Positions 1 to 10,225 of a DNA stretch of 64,000 nucleotides are shown here, in pieces. The translations under genes were made by a program, and so were the position numbers. Source of the DNA: an uncultured Gammaproteobacteria bacterium (GTDB lineage: Bacteria; Pseudomonadota; Gammaproteobacteria; JABCZS01); assembly GCA_963848305.1 (NCBI GenBank), contig CAWKDC010000001.1, forward strand, positions 96,001-160,000, in the 5' to 3' direction. The number at the start of each line of letters is the position of its first letter. The first letter of the stretch is position 1. The notes below the pieces were generated by a model that was not told the origin of the DNA, did not search any database, and saw only the letters and a list, made by a program, of their open reading frames with translations.

Positions 1-528
1 GGATACCCTCTCGATATAGGCCGTCTACGCAGAGTTACAGAGATGGCGGCGGAAAAAGCGGGATGGGGCAGGCGTAAGCTCGGCCAAGGGAGCGGCCTCG
101 GCATTGCTGCACAACGCTATTCATTTAATTACTGCGCATCGGTCGTGGAAGTTGAAGTAACCGAGAAAGGCGACGTCCGGATTCCGCGCGTTGATACCGT
201 TGTGGACGCCGGTACCGCGGTTAATCCGGCCAACATCAAGGCACAATTCGAGGGTGCGGCGGTGTTTGGAACCAGCATCGCCCGAAGCGGAGAGATTACC
301 GCCACCAACGGCATCATTGACCAGTCGAACTTTTTCGATTACCCGGTAGCTCGCATCGACGAAGCGCCCTACCAGACGAACGTCTACGTCATTGACAGCA
401 ACGCTCCCCCGGCAGGAGTGGGGGAACCGGGAGTGTCGATCATTGCGCCGGCACTGTGCAACGCCATCTTTGCTGCCACCGGCAAAAGGATCAGAGAGCT
501 GCCGCTTTCGAAAAATCGTCTTGCGTGA
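1..528 (+). CDS. Xanthine dehydrogenase-family molybdopterin-binding subunit (IorB-like), C-terminal part; 5' end outside window
   Basis: Open frame from base 1 (GYPLDIGRLRRVTEMAAEKAGW); motifs VDAGTAVNP, QFEGA, PAGVGEPG, LCNAIFAATGKRIRELPL. Confidence 0.9.
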   Translation, partial: GYPLDIGRLRRVTEMAAEKAGWGRRKLGQGSGLGIAAQRYSFNYCASVVEVEVTEKGDVRIPRVDTVVDAGTAVNPANIKAQFEGAAVFGTSIARSGEITATNGIIDQSNFFDYPVARIDEAPYQTNVYVIDSNAPPAGVGEPGVSIIAPALCNAIFAATGKRIRELPLSKNRLA

Positions 529-553
529 GAATGGGGAGCAGCAGTTACCGCCT

Positions 554-1120
554 TTACGCAAAGTCCGGCGCCAGCTCCTGCAATTGCACCGGGGTGAGTT
601 TTTGTTCGGCCAGATATTTCGGGTGGTCAATGACAATCCTGGCCCCGCGCGGGAACGCCGCCATCTGTTCAGGACTAAGCTGGAATTTAATGTACTGGAC
701 GGCGCTGAGTCGATCGGTGGAGATCTGGCGGTCGTCGAACCGCGCTTGGGACCGCTGGCCGCCCGCTTCAAGCCAGATGTGATGTTCCAGTCCCAGCAGG
801 TTACGCAGCCAGAGGTCGCGTTCGGCGGGGGCTTCGTACTCAATCAGCAGGCATGCGGAAAGCTCACCGGCCGCAGGGATCAGGTCGTTGTAAGTCTTGA
901 CCTCATGGGCGATCTCGTGGGGATTTTGCAACCGCTCGATCCGCATCATTTCCTGAATCTGGTAGCGTACCGTGTCGCGATTTTCGAACAGAAAGGTCAA
1001 ATGCCCGCCCACGCGAATGCGGCGCCGATCCTTGAGGGCCATCATTTGGGGCCGCCACTCGGCGCGCATGATTTCGTAGTCGGCAATGTGTTTGATTTCA
1101 GAAACGTCGATCAATTTCAT
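554..1120 (-). CDS. DUF3501 family protein
   Basis: RRIRVGGHLTFLFENRDTVRYQIQEMMRIE and YNDLIP motifs; lies in the rubrerythrin/Fe-S oxidoreductase operon; ATG at 1120. Confidence 0.85.
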   Translation of the reverse strand: MKLIDVSEIKHIADYEIMRAEWRPQMMALKDRRRIRVGGHLTFLFENRDTVRYQIQEMMRIERLQNPHEIAHEVKTYNDLIPAAGELSACLLIEYEAPAERDLWLRNLLGLEHHIWLEAGGQRSQARFDDRQISTDRLSAVQYIKFQLSPEQMAAFPRGARIVIDHPKYLAEQKLTPVQLQELAPDFA

Positions 1121-1175
1121 AGATCGAATGCCTCCATAGAGCAATGGATGCAAGAGCCAAAAGGCCGAGCACCGC

Positions 1176-2507
1176 TCAGCCCTGCTTCGGCTCCAGGGGA
1201 TTAACCGGTTTGGCAAAGCCGTCCGCGCGGTAGGCGCGGGCCAGCACCTGAAGAGGATGAATCGGCCGCTGCCCGATCGCCTGCTGAAAGTGAATCGCCG
1301 CCAGCGGGCAATCGGTGGCCATCACTTTGGCCCCGACGGCCTGCATCTGGTCAAAGGCCTTCTTGCCGGTGAGCAGGGAGAGGGGGAAAAACTCCTTGCG
1401 CATCGCCCACGTGCCATCGTGGCCGCAGCATTGCTCCACCATCTTCACTGTCGTTCCGGGAATCAGGCGCATCAGGTCGCGGGAACGATAGCCGATATTC
1501 TGGGCGCGCAGATGGCAGGGCACGTGGTAGGCGACCAGCTCCGGCGTGCTGCGGAAATCGCGGTTGAACTTGCCCTCTTGTTTGAGTTGAAACAGAAACT
1601 CGCAGGGATCCATGGCGGCGGCCGCCACCTCGCGCGCTTCCGGCGTGCCTACCAGTTCGCCATACTCTTTGCGCATCATGTAAGAGCAGGTGGGATTAAC
1701 CGCCAGAACCTTCTTCCCTTCCCGGACGTACGGCAGCAAGGTCTCCACGTTCTGCCGCGCCAGCCGCTTGGCCAGCTCAATGTCACCCGCTTCCATGGCC
1801 GGCATGCCGCAACAATTCTGCTTCGGCAGGCCCAGGGCGATGCCGTTCCGGGAAAAAACTTCCATCAGGTCCTTGCCCAGGTCAGGATGGTTGTAGTTCA
1901 CAAAACAAGTACTGAAAAGCACAGCTTTGGTGGGATCGCCGGCGGGGGGCGGTTGCTTGCGGTACCAGTCTTCAAACAGCTCACCGTGGAATTCCGGAAG
2001 AAGCTTGTCCTTGTGGATACCCAGCCCGAATTGAAGCCCCGCACGCAGCAGCGGTTGACGGTTGGCCCAGTTGGCCAAGCCGGGAGTGAGCTTGGCCATT
2101 TTCCCCATCATCTCCGGCCGGGACAAAACGCGGTCACGCAGCGTGAGGCCGCGCCGCTTCTGCCGGACGGCGTGGGCGCGCGTGACCAGGCGCGGAAAGT
2201 CGAGCTGAAATTCGTGCTTGTCGTCGGGCGTGTAGGGGCACTTGACGTAACAAATTTTGCATTGAAAGCAATCGTCGAGGATCTTGTCCGTCTCCTGCGG
2301 CGTCAATTCAGCGTGATCACCCACCTGGCGGTCGAAAGCGTTGAACATGGCCGGGAACGAAGGACAAAGATTGAAGCAAAGGCGGCAGCCGTTGCAGATT
2401 TCGAAGACGCGCCGCAACTCCTGCCTCAAACCCTCGGCATCCCAGTAAATCGGGTTATTCGGATCGTATGTCAGGCTAGCGGTGGGCGCGCCTTTGATGA
2501 TATCCAT
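1176..2507 (-). CDS. Fe-S oxidoreductase (GlpC/HdrD-like, rubrerythrin-associated)
   Basis: Two CxxCxxCxxxCP ferredoxin motifs (CNGCRLCFNLCP, CFQCKICYVKCP) and two CCG domains. Confidence 0.9.
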   Translation of the reverse strand: MDIIKGAPTASLTYDPNNPIYWDAEGLRQELRRVFEICNGCRLCFNLCPSFPAMFNAFDRQVGDHAELTPQETDKILDDCFQCKICYVKCPYTPDDKHEFQLDFPRLVTRAHAVRQKRRGLTLRDRVLSRPEMMGKMAKLTPGLANWANRQPLLRAGLQFGLGIHKDKLLPEFHGELFEDWYRKQPPPAGDPTKAVLFSTCFVNYNHPDLGKDLMEVFSRNGIALGLPKQNCCGMPAMEAGDIELAKRLARQNVETLLPYVREGKKVLAVNPTCSYMMRKEYGELVGTPEAREVAAAAMDPCEFLFQLKQEGKFNRDFRSTPELVAYHVPCHLRAQNIGYRSRDLMRLIPGTTVKMVEQCCGHDGTWAMRKEFFPLSLLTGKKAFDQMQAVGAKVMATDCPLAAIHFQQAIGQRPIHPLQVLARAYRADGFAKPVNPLEPKQG

Positions 2508-2597
2508 GGGATCGGCTCCGGCAAAGCTGGGTTCGGTCAACACGACGGCGCGGACGCCGTCGTGTCGCCCTGTAGGTAATAAATACCGAATGTTATG

Positions 2598-3020
2598 TTA
2601 GGAAATGCTATCCAGACCTTTTTGGAATCGTCCCGCGTGGGATTTCTCCGCCTTAGCCAGGGTCTCAAACCAATCCGCGATTTCGGTGAAGCCTTCCTCG
2701 CGCGCGGATTTGGCCATTCCGGGGTACATGTCGGTGTATTCATGGGTTTCGCCGGCGATGGCGGCCTTGAGGTTATCCGATGTGTCGCCGATGGGCAGGT
2801 CGGTGGCGGGATCGCCTACGGCTTTCAGGTAATCCAGATGTCCGTGAGCGTGACCGGTCTCGCCCTCCGCTGTATCGCGGAACAACCCCGCGACATCCGG
2901 ATAGCCCTCGACGTCGGCCTGCTTAGAAAAGTATAAATACCGGCGGTTTGCCTGCGATTCGCCGGCAAACGCTGCCTTCAGATTCTCGTGGGTTTTAGTA
3001 CCCTTCAGATAAGTTGCCAT
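2598..3020 (-). CDS. rbr: Rubrerythrin, short form without rubredoxin domain
   Basis: [42 protein letters not shown] diiron motifs; AAGGAG RBS. Confidence 0.95.
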   Translation of the reverse strand: MATYLKGTKTHENLKAAFAGESQANRRYLYFSKQADVEGYPDVAGLFRDTAEGETGHAHGHLDYLKAVGDPATDLPIGDTSDNLKAAIAGETHEYTDMYPGMAKSAREEGFTEIADWFETLAKAEKSHAGRFQKGLDSIS

Positions 3021-3057
3021 GATTCTAACTCCTTGTGATTGAGTATAGACTTCATCA

Positions 3058-3516
3058 TCAAATTAAAGCCTCAGGCTGCGGCGCGCATTGGCCGCAAAGA
3101 CCTAGGAAACTTACACTGTAGCCATCCACCCGGAAACCCCGGGGGAGGGTTTTGTTTAATTGCACAGGGGCCACACTATCCTCGGAAAGATCCAGGATCG
3201 TTCCGCAAGACCCGCAGACAAGATGATGGTGGGGGTCCAGATTGGCATCCAAACGCATCGTCTGGTCAGGAGTACTCATCTGCCTCAGCAGCCCCGCTTC
3301 AAGAAAGGTTTTGATATTCTTGTAAATGGTGGCGAGAGAAATGGAGGGAATCTCCTTGCGGACCTGCTCGAAAGTGTCTTCCGGGGTGGGATGCTGGTCC
3401 GTCCCAGCTAAAATGCGATAGATCACCCACCGCTGATGGGTCATTGCCAAGCCTCGTTCCGTGCAGCGGGAACGAAACAACTCCATCCGGAGATCGAACG
3501 TCTGTTGACCTATCAT
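3058..3516 (-). CDS. Fur-family regulator, probably PerR-like
   Basis: HPT, SLATIY, HHHLVCGSCG, GLCGQC motifs; first gene of a peroxide-defence operon. Confidence 0.88.
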   Translation of the reverse strand: MIGQQTFDLRMELFRSRCTERGLAMTHQRWVIYRILAGTDQHPTPEDTFEQVRKEIPSISLATIYKNIKTFLEAGLLRQMSTPDQTMRLDANLDPHHHLVCGSCGTILDLSEDSVAPVQLNKTLPRGFRVDGYSVSFLGLCGQCAPQPEALI

Positions 3517-3537
3517 TATCTAAGAACAAATCGTCAA

Positions 3538-3552
3538 CGATAATAATTATCG
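3538..3552. promoter_or_regulatory. Fur/Per box (7-1-7 palindrome)
   Basis: CGATAAT-A-ATTATCG, a perfect inverted repeat matching GATAATnATTATC, 21 nt upstream of the Fur-family start. Confidence 0.8.
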
Positions 3553-3850
3553 ACTACGCGTTAATCATGCGCCCTGCGCCGAATTTTTGCAATTGAATTC
3601 TTCAGGATAATGCCCCGCCGGGAGAGAAGGTTGGAGGAGATGGCGAAATCACCGCTTTTGCTTTGGGAAGCGCTTTACACTCTTGCTTGCGACACAACCA
3701 CCCACGCGCAATTACCCCTCACCCTTCATGGCGGGTCAAAGGCGCAGACTGCAGTTCTGGCAGCGTTGCCAAAACCCATCGCCTACTTACCCCCCGCAAG
3801 GGATGAGAATGATAACCGCGATCGGCGCGCACGAAGCAGCTTGGATAGTC

Positions 3851-4189
3851 TCAGTGCTTGGCAAGCTTGTCAGCCATCGAAAGCAACAGCCTTCGATTCG
3901 TGCTCGACATCGTCTCGAAAGACTTAATCAGCCTCTTGACCGGCTTGCCCAGGTTCACCTGATCGGGAACCTTAGGCGCGGACGGCTTTCCCTCACCCTG
4001 AAAGAGCAATTGGTACGGCTCCACTTCCAATGCCTTGGCAAATTTTTCCAGGGTTGTAAGCGAGGGGGCTGTGTATCCGCCTTCCACACGAGAGATGTAC
4101 GAGCGCAGGAGACCAGACCGCCGTTCGATGTCGCCTTGCGATAGACCTTTTACTTCACGTAATTGTCTTAATCGTTTCCCTACGTCCAT
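3851..4189 (-). CDS. XRE-family HTH transcriptional regulator
   Basis: VGKRLRQLREVKGLSQGDIERRSGLLRSYISRVEGGYTAPSLTTLEKFAKAL, HTH_3 pattern. Confidence 0.92.
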   Translation of the reverse strand: MDVGKRLRQLREVKGLSQGDIERRSGLLRSYISRVEGGYTAPSLTTLEKFAKALEVEPYQLLFQGEGKPSAPKVPDQVNLGKPVKRLIKSFETMSSTNRRLLLSMADKLAKH

Positions 4190-4195
4190 AGGCTG

Positions 4196-4241
4196 ATTAG
4201 AACAGAATCAGAACTTCATGTCAATCATATTAACTTAATAT
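4196..4241 (-). promoter_or_regulatory. Sigma70 promoter for a probably leaderless XRE mRNA, with adjacent palindromic operator
   Basis: Minus strand TTGACA (4224-4219), 17 nt, TCTAAT (4201-4196) with upstream TGn; ATG follows after 6 nt; ATATTAA-C-TTAATAT at 4227-4241. Confidence 0.6.
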
Positions 4242-4576
4242 TTTGACGCCTTACCAAATCCATCAAGATGCCTGACTTGTGCTTTCCGAAAAAGATAGCT
4301 CACAAGTGTCGATTCTTAAATCTCCAATTACTCCCCAACCGGGCGGTGACTCCTTGTATAAACGAAAATTCGCCTACTGCACACGCGAAAAACTCGAACT
4401 CTGCCTACAAATTTAAAACCAGTCACGGCTTGAGCGCGCCTTGCGTCGCCAACATCGAAGCGGTACACTGCGAGGCCCGCCGGCAGCTCGGGTCGGGCTC
4501 CAGCTTGGCGACCGCCCGAAGGAAAAGGAACGGGTGGCAGTCGGAATAAAAGGCTTTATATCAAGAGGAGGCACTT

Positions 4577-6652
4577 ATGGATCAGCCGTTGATGGGTCGT
4601 CGTCGTTTCTTGCAGTATTCGGGAGGTGGGGCCTTGATGATGGCCGCGGGGCTTCCGGAGGCCCGCGCTCAAGTGCAGAGTGCGCCAAGCGCGGTAGTAC
4701 TCGCTTATCGCATTTGGCCGGCCCACTGGGAGACCGATGAAGAGTTTGCGCGCTTGGTGGCTCTCTTCAAGGCCCACCCCCGCGCTGTTGACGAGATCAG
4801 CTTGTTCGATGAAACTTTCCCGCGGCGGGCTTGCGCTTCGCTGGAGCGGCTGGAGCAGGCCGCCGGGACGCTAAAACGGCGAATCGTGGAGCTTCATGGT
4901 TACGGCATTCGCAGTGTAGGTATCAATGTAACTTACACGATCGGCCACGGGGATGTGCCCGGTGCGTTCCTGCCGCCATTGTCCGTCCAGCCGGCGGTGG
5001 GGCATGATGGCACGGTGTCAGATGCTTGTGCCTGCCCCAACAGCCCGGAGTACCGTTCCTACATCAAGAAGCGCTATGCCCTGATGGCGCGCGCCAAGCC
5101 GGACTTCATCTGGGTGGACGACGACATGCGCATGAGTCACCACGGCCCTACGTACCCATGCTTCTGCCCCATCTGCCTGGGGAAGTTTGGCCATGGAAAC
5201 GACCGCGCAGCCCTGGTGGAACAACTCAACGATCCTGGCAATGGTGAATTGCGCCGTGCCTGGACGGAATTCTGCGCCGCTTCGCTGGAAGGAGTGTGCG
5301 TCGATATCCGCCAGGCGGTGACGGAAACCGATCCCACGATCAAGTTGGGTCAGATGACCATCGGGTACAGCCACAGTACTTATGCCGGCTATCCCATCGC
5401 TCGCCTGATGACGGCCCTAGGCGCGCAACGCGGCCGGCCCGGCCACGGCTATTACAATGACGAAACGCCGCGCGGGCTGCTGAGCAAATCATTCGACGTA
5501 GGGCGCGAAATTCGGGATTACCCACCCGAAGTCAAGACCATCGAGTACGAACTGGAGGACTACCCGTACATTTCTCTGGACAAAGCGGTGCGCACGACGC
5601 TCAACGAGTGTACTGCCGCTCTGCTGATGGGCTGTAACGGCATCGCCTTCAATGCCCTCAAAGAGTGCGCAGGAACGCTGGAGGATTATGAGCCCTTGCT
5701 GCGCGGAGTAGCAGCGGAGCGGCCGATCTGGGAAGCGCTACGGGAAGGCGCCGCCGGCTTGCCGCTGGCGGGCTTTTGGCCTGCCGATAACCGCATGCTG
5801 ATGGCCAATCGTAAAGTCGACGCCACGGGATGGTTCTGGGAGCAGGGAGTGTACGATATCCAACGTTCCAATCCTCTGGCGGAAATCGGTCTCCCAATGA
5901 ACCCCGACCCGCATTCGGCTTGCGGCATCCTGCTAGCCGGCAAAGTGGCGGAGGCCTTCAGCAGCGACGAATTGCGTGACATGCTACGCAAGGGGGTCCT
6001 GATGGACGCTTTCGCCCTCTAGGTCCTCTGGTCGCAAGGGCTGGGTGAGCTGACGGGCGTCAAACCCGGCGAGACATTTCCCTCCGGCGTCAGCGAGCGG
6101 CTCACCAGCCATGCGCTGAATGGCCGCTATGCGGGCGACGGACGTGACGCTTTGGTGGGGCCGCAGGACGGCGTCTGCAACCTGCTGCCCGTAGGCGAGG
6201 GGGTTGGAGACCTGGCGCACCTGGTGCGTTACGACGACGTGGATGTGGGGTCCTGTTTCTCGACGTTTACAAATTCGCTAGGTGGCCGCGTCGCCGTGGC
6301 CAGCTACGCTCCCTGGCAGCTCATGGGGCGCGGCGCCATGCGTCATCAATTGCTTGCCGTGGCCGACTGGTTGGCCGGTGGGCGGCTGCCCGTGCTGATC
6401 GAACCCATGGTACGCATCGCGCCTTTAGTGCGGTGCAGTCCGGATGGCCGACGAATTGCCGTGGTCTTGCTCAACACGGCGCTGGAGCCGAGCGGGCCAG
6501 TCACCTTGCGCCTGCGCGCGCATCCTCAGCGAGTGTCGCTGGTTTCGGCGGAGAGCACCAAGCTCTTGCCAGCCCGGCACGAAGGGAACGATACCCTATT
6601 GGATCTACCTTCCATCCCGGCTTGGCGGACAGTGGTTTTACTCGGGCGGTAG
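4577..6652 (+). CDS. Tat-exported hypothetical protein (glycoside hydrolase-like TIM barrel plus GATase-like domain), interrupted by an in-frame TAG at 6020-6022
   Basis: GRRRFL Tat motif; GAGGAGG RBS; WVDDDMR and CFCPIC motifs; ORFs 4577-6022 and 6152-6652 share a frame and read continuously across the TAG. Confidence 0.6.
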
Positions 6653-6789
6653 TGCCGCCCCGCACGCCTCTCCACAGGTTTCGCTCAGCGCGGCGCGGGA
6701 GCCCAACGGATCGGTAGTGGTGTCATTTGGAATCGGATCGCTTTCGAAGCGCCGTTTATACCCCGAAGGCGAATTCCGTCCTTATGACC

Positions 6790-7040
6790 AAGAAAGAGGT
6801 TCCCACGGAGCGCACAGAGATGGGCTCACAGAGAGCGCGGAGAACACCGTGGCTCCTCTCCGTATTGCAATATCGCAACTTCTCGTTTTTTGAGCGTCTC
6901 GTAGGGGCTGGGCTTGCCCTGCCCCTGTCATATGTCCATGGCGTGGGACGAGGGCAGGGCAAGCCCAGCCCCTACGAGACGCATGGTTTGCGGCCCCGCC
7001 ACGCTGCGAACTCTGCGTGAAACGCTCTTAAGCCTTCCTT
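6790..7040. repeat. MITE-like element, copy 1, with nested GTAG-type REP doublet
   Basis: Both ends match 22691-22927; internal perfect 31-bp inverted repeat at 6894-6924 / 6952-6982. Confidence 0.8.
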
Positions 7041-7100
7041 CTGTAGCGCAGGTCTCACTGGTTTTGACGGAGAGCGCCAAAACCTTACCAGCGAGGCACA

Positions 7101-8129
7101 CTACTGCGAAACAGCGGGCTGCTTCGTCGCGCGTTGGGCTTCCATCGCAAGCCACTCGAGCATAAACAGGGTGAGCGTTGACGCCGGCGCCTCGAGGAGC
7201 GAAGGAATCAAAATCCCAAGGTCCGAGCCCTCGGCGAGATCGCGGTCGTTGCTGTCCGTTAGGGAAAGCACGCGCGCGCCATTCATCCGCGCTTGGGCGG
7301 CGGAGCGGTGCAGGAGTTTCTTGATTTTCGATTGCGAACCGGAAAGAAACAAGATCGCGTCGTCACGCCGGGCGAAGTGGTCGAGTCCACTCCAAAACTC
7401 TGTGGCCTCGATGCCCTCTACCGGAAGGCCGGCTTGGTATCTCATCCGGCGCGCCGCCTGCCAGGCGGGATAGTGGTAAAACCCTCCCCCCACGATGCGC
7501 GCCATGGGGAGGCGCGCGACCTCTGCGGCAACCGATCGGACCACCGACGGAAGCTGCGTGAACACCCAATTGAGCTTTTCCGGTAGCTGATCAAAATCCG
7601 TTTGCACGGGGTCCCACCAAGCCTTGGGTTTTTTCAGCGCACGCATGGCTTCGAATGCCAGGAAATTGATGGCGGCATGCATACAAACCGTCACGCTGGG
7701 CGATTCCACATCCCCTTCTGCCCGCGTTAGGAAAACCTGGTCCGCCAATTTCACCAGCGGGCTATCGGGAGTATTGGCCAATGCCAGCAGCACGCAACCA
7801 TGCTCAAGCGCATCGAGGGCAAGTTCCTGGGCTTCCGGCCAATCTCCCGGGGTCGAAATCATGAGCAGCACCGAGCGCGGCTGCAGGAGGGAGCGAGCGT
7901 AACTCTGGAAAACCTCTACCGGGCGCGATACCACCGGTAAGCCGAGAAAGTATTCCAATGCATACCCAGCCGCTATGCCCAAGGCAGCGCACTCCCCCGC
8001 CCCGCAGACGTAGATGGGCCCATCGCCCCACCGGACCTTGCGCGCTACGGCCCCATATTCAGCGCGGGCCATATCCAGAGTCATGCGCAATGCGCCCGGA
8101 ATTTCTTGGATCTGCTGCCGGTTTGTCAT
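7101..8129 (-). CDS. SIS-domain protein (GlmS isomerase / FrlB-like)
   Basis: QQIQEIPGALR start, two SIS domains, LANTPDSPL, VGGG-YPA; catalytic motifs look degenerate. Confidence 0.75.
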   Translation of the reverse strand: MTNRQQIQEIPGALRMTLDMARAEYGAVARKVRWGDGPIYVCGAGECAALGIAAGYALEYFLGLPVVSRPVEVFQSYARSLLQPRSVLLMISTPGDWPEAQELALDALEHGCVLLALANTPDSPLVKLADQVFLTRAEGDVESPSVTVCMHAAINFLAFEAMRALKKPKAWWDPVQTDFDQLPEKLNWVFTQLPSVVRSVAAEVARLPMARIVGGGFYHYPAWQAARRMRYQAGLPVEGIEATEFWSGLDHFARRDDAILFLSGSQSKIKKLLHRSAAQARMNGARVLSLTDSNDRDLAEGSDLGILIPSLLEAPASTLTLFMLEWLAMEAQRATKQPAVSQ

Positions 8130-8149
8130 GAAAATCAACCTGGAAGATC

Positions 8150-8262
8150 AGAAGTTAGAAGTTAGAAGTTAGAAGCTAGGAGTTAGAAGGTGGAAGTCGA
8201 CTTCTCGCTTCTAACTCCTAACTTCTACGTTCTCTAACTTCTAGCTTCTAACTCCTGACTTG
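8150..8262. repeat. Heptamer (AGAAGTT-like) tandem array followed by inverted arms
   Basis: agaagtt x3, agaagct, aggagtt ... then aactcct, aacttct, agcttct; supplies the last codons and stop of the yihY-family gene. Confidence 0.85.
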
Positions 8263-9220
8263 TCCCTTCTAAATTCTCACTTTCAGCCGGTGCGGCCTCG
8301 GTTCGAGCGGTCACGTCCGAGATAAACCTGTGCGCCGAGAGGTGCGCGCCGAAGAGCAGAATCAGGGACCCCACATACGCCCAAAAGAGCAAAGTCACAG
8401 ACAACGCGAAGGGCCCATAAACCTCCCGAAAATGAACCATCGGTTTGGTCAGCGAGTAGATGACCCCTCCCACTTCCGTTAAAATTCCCGTGGCGATGGC
8501 AGCGGGGAGAACTCGGGCGACGGGAACCTTGCCGTTGGGCAGAAGGTAGTAGATCATGAAATAAATCGAAGCCACAAAAGGCACGGAGGCAACATCCATA
8601 ACGAAATTCGATACTAGCGCGACGAAGCTCCGGGAAGGTATCCAGCCCATCAGGAAATCAATCGCCGATTGTATGGGCGTAACCGCCATGATAAAGCTCA
8701 GGGCAACCATCCCGGAAACTATGGCGAGCACAAAAGACATGGCCTGATTATTCAGGAAACTGCGATTGCGCTTGAATCCCCACACTTTGTTGAGGGCAAT
8801 CTCGAGCGGAAGAAACACCCCCGAAGTGGTGAAAAGGAGCATCAACACGGATACCAACTGCAACCGTGGCCGGCCTTGAACTGCCGCCACCAGGTTACGA
8901 ATCACCGTTTCCGCTCCGGTGGGCAGGTGAACGTTCAGAAGCCGGACGACCATCAGGTAGGCCTTCTCCCAGTGCAGCCAACGCCGGCAGACAGCGAGCA
9001 AAATCAGCGCGAAGGGAAAAAAGGATAGATAGGCGTTGGCGGCAATCGAAAAGGCATAAGCATGCACTTCCGTCTCGAACAGATAACGGATGCTGGAGCC
9101 AAACAGGGCCCCCAGGTGGCTAGGTGTCAGGCTACGGCGCCGAAGTCTTTCCCAATCTTCCACCATCGCTTCTTTCCACATACCAAGACCCACCCGGGAA
9201 TTAGACGCTGCAACCCGCAT
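8234..9220 (-). CDS. YihY/virulence factor BrkB family membrane protein (start uncertain)
   Basis: AFSIAANAYLSFFPF, ALNKVWG, YYLLPN, YGPF motifs; about six TM segments. Confidence 0.88.
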   Translation of the reverse strand: MRVAASNSRVGLGMWKEAMVEDWERLRRRSLTPSHLGALFGSSIRYLFETEVHAYAFSIAANAYLSFFPFALILLAVCRRWLHWEKAYLMVVRLLNVHLPTGAETVIRNLVAAVQGRPRLQLVSVLMLLFTTSGVFLPLEIALNKVWGFKRNRSFLNNQAMSFVLAIVSGMVALSFIMAVTPIQSAIDFLMGWIPSRSFVALVSNFVMDVASVPFVASIYFMIYYLLPNGKVPVARVLPAAIATGILTEVGGVIYSLTKPMVHFREVYGPFALSVTLLFWAYVGSLILLFGAHLSAHRFISDVTARTEAAPAESENLEGTSQELEARS

Positions 9221-9583
9221 ACAAAAGAGGCGAAGTATAGATCATCGGCTCTCGAGTTGCCAGAAGTGTTGTTAGATGCAACTTGAAGCCTTCTCGTATT
9301 CACAGGCGCGGGCCGGGGTGAGAGTGCGTTCAGGGAGCTATTCGAACGCTAGGGAACGATTCCCTTGCTTGAGGCTTCCCCAATATTCCCGATAACTGTC
9401 GCCCACAAAGGTGCTTTTGAATGGTATAATATGCGTCTTCAGGGTTAGGACTTTTTAAGGAGAATGAGCACGGGGGCGCTCACATTGTGGCGCAAAGCGT
9501 ACCGCCAGTGTAGCGTCATGGCCAGGATGGCCATGGTAAACAGGAAAACACATTTTCCAAACGCAAAAATCGAGGAGCCCAAT

Positions 9584-10225
9584 ATGCGAAGGAAGAAAAA
9601 CTTGCGGGAACTTCCCCCCGAAGGCTTTTCGCGACGCGACTTCTTAAAGGGCGCGAGCATGGCGGTATCAACCGGTTTGCTGGCCGCGCCGGAAGTCAGG
9701 GCCGCGGCGCCGGAACATTCACCGGAGGTGCTGGGGCCGGGGGCTGTGCCGATTACACTCCAAATCAACGGCAAAGCGCACAACTTGCAGGTTGAGCCGC
9801 GCGTAACCTTGCTGGATGCTCTGCGCAATCAGCTTGACCTGACCGGCGCCAAGAAAGTGTGCGATCGCGGCGTCTGCGGCGCCTGCACGGTGATCATGGA
9901 TGGCCGTCCGGTGTATGCATGCAACGTGCTGGCCATCGAGGCGGAAGGCCACCACATTGAGACCATCGAGGGAATGGGGACGATGGGTGATCTCCACCCG
10001 GTAATGGCGGCCTTCGTCGACCACGATGCGCAACAGTGCGGATTCTGCACGCCGGGCTTTGTGGTGGCCTGCAAGGCCTTCCTGGACAAGCATCCCGATC
10101 CAACCCTAGAAGATGTGGAACACGGCCTGGGCGGCAACCTCTGCCGTTGCGGCACCTACGCGGGGGTTCGGGAAGCCGTTCTGGAAGCAGCCAAAACCCT
10201 GAAGGGAGGGCGCGCCAATGGATAA
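9584..10225 (+). CDS. (2Fe-2S)-binding subunit of a molybdo-hydroxylase with Tat signal (PaoA/YagT-like)
   Basis: SRRDFLKG Tat motif; CDRGVCGAC, QCGFCTPG, GNLCRCG; GAGGAG RBS. Confidence 0.92.
   Translation: MRRKKNLRELPPEGFSRRDFLKGASMAVSTGLLAAPEVRAAAPEHSPEVLGPGAVPITLQINGKAHNLQVEPRVTLLDALRNQLDLTGAKKVCDRGVCGACTVIMDGRPVYACNVLAIEAEGHHIETIEGMGTMGDLHPVMAAFVDHDAQQCGFCTPGFVVACKAFLDKHPDPTLEDVEHGLGGNLCRCGTYAGVREAVLEAAKTLKGGRANG

Noticed and set aside
1257-2579. 440-aa plus-strand ORF
   Set aside because: Antisense shadow of the Fe-S oxidoreductase in GC-rich DNA; no motifs
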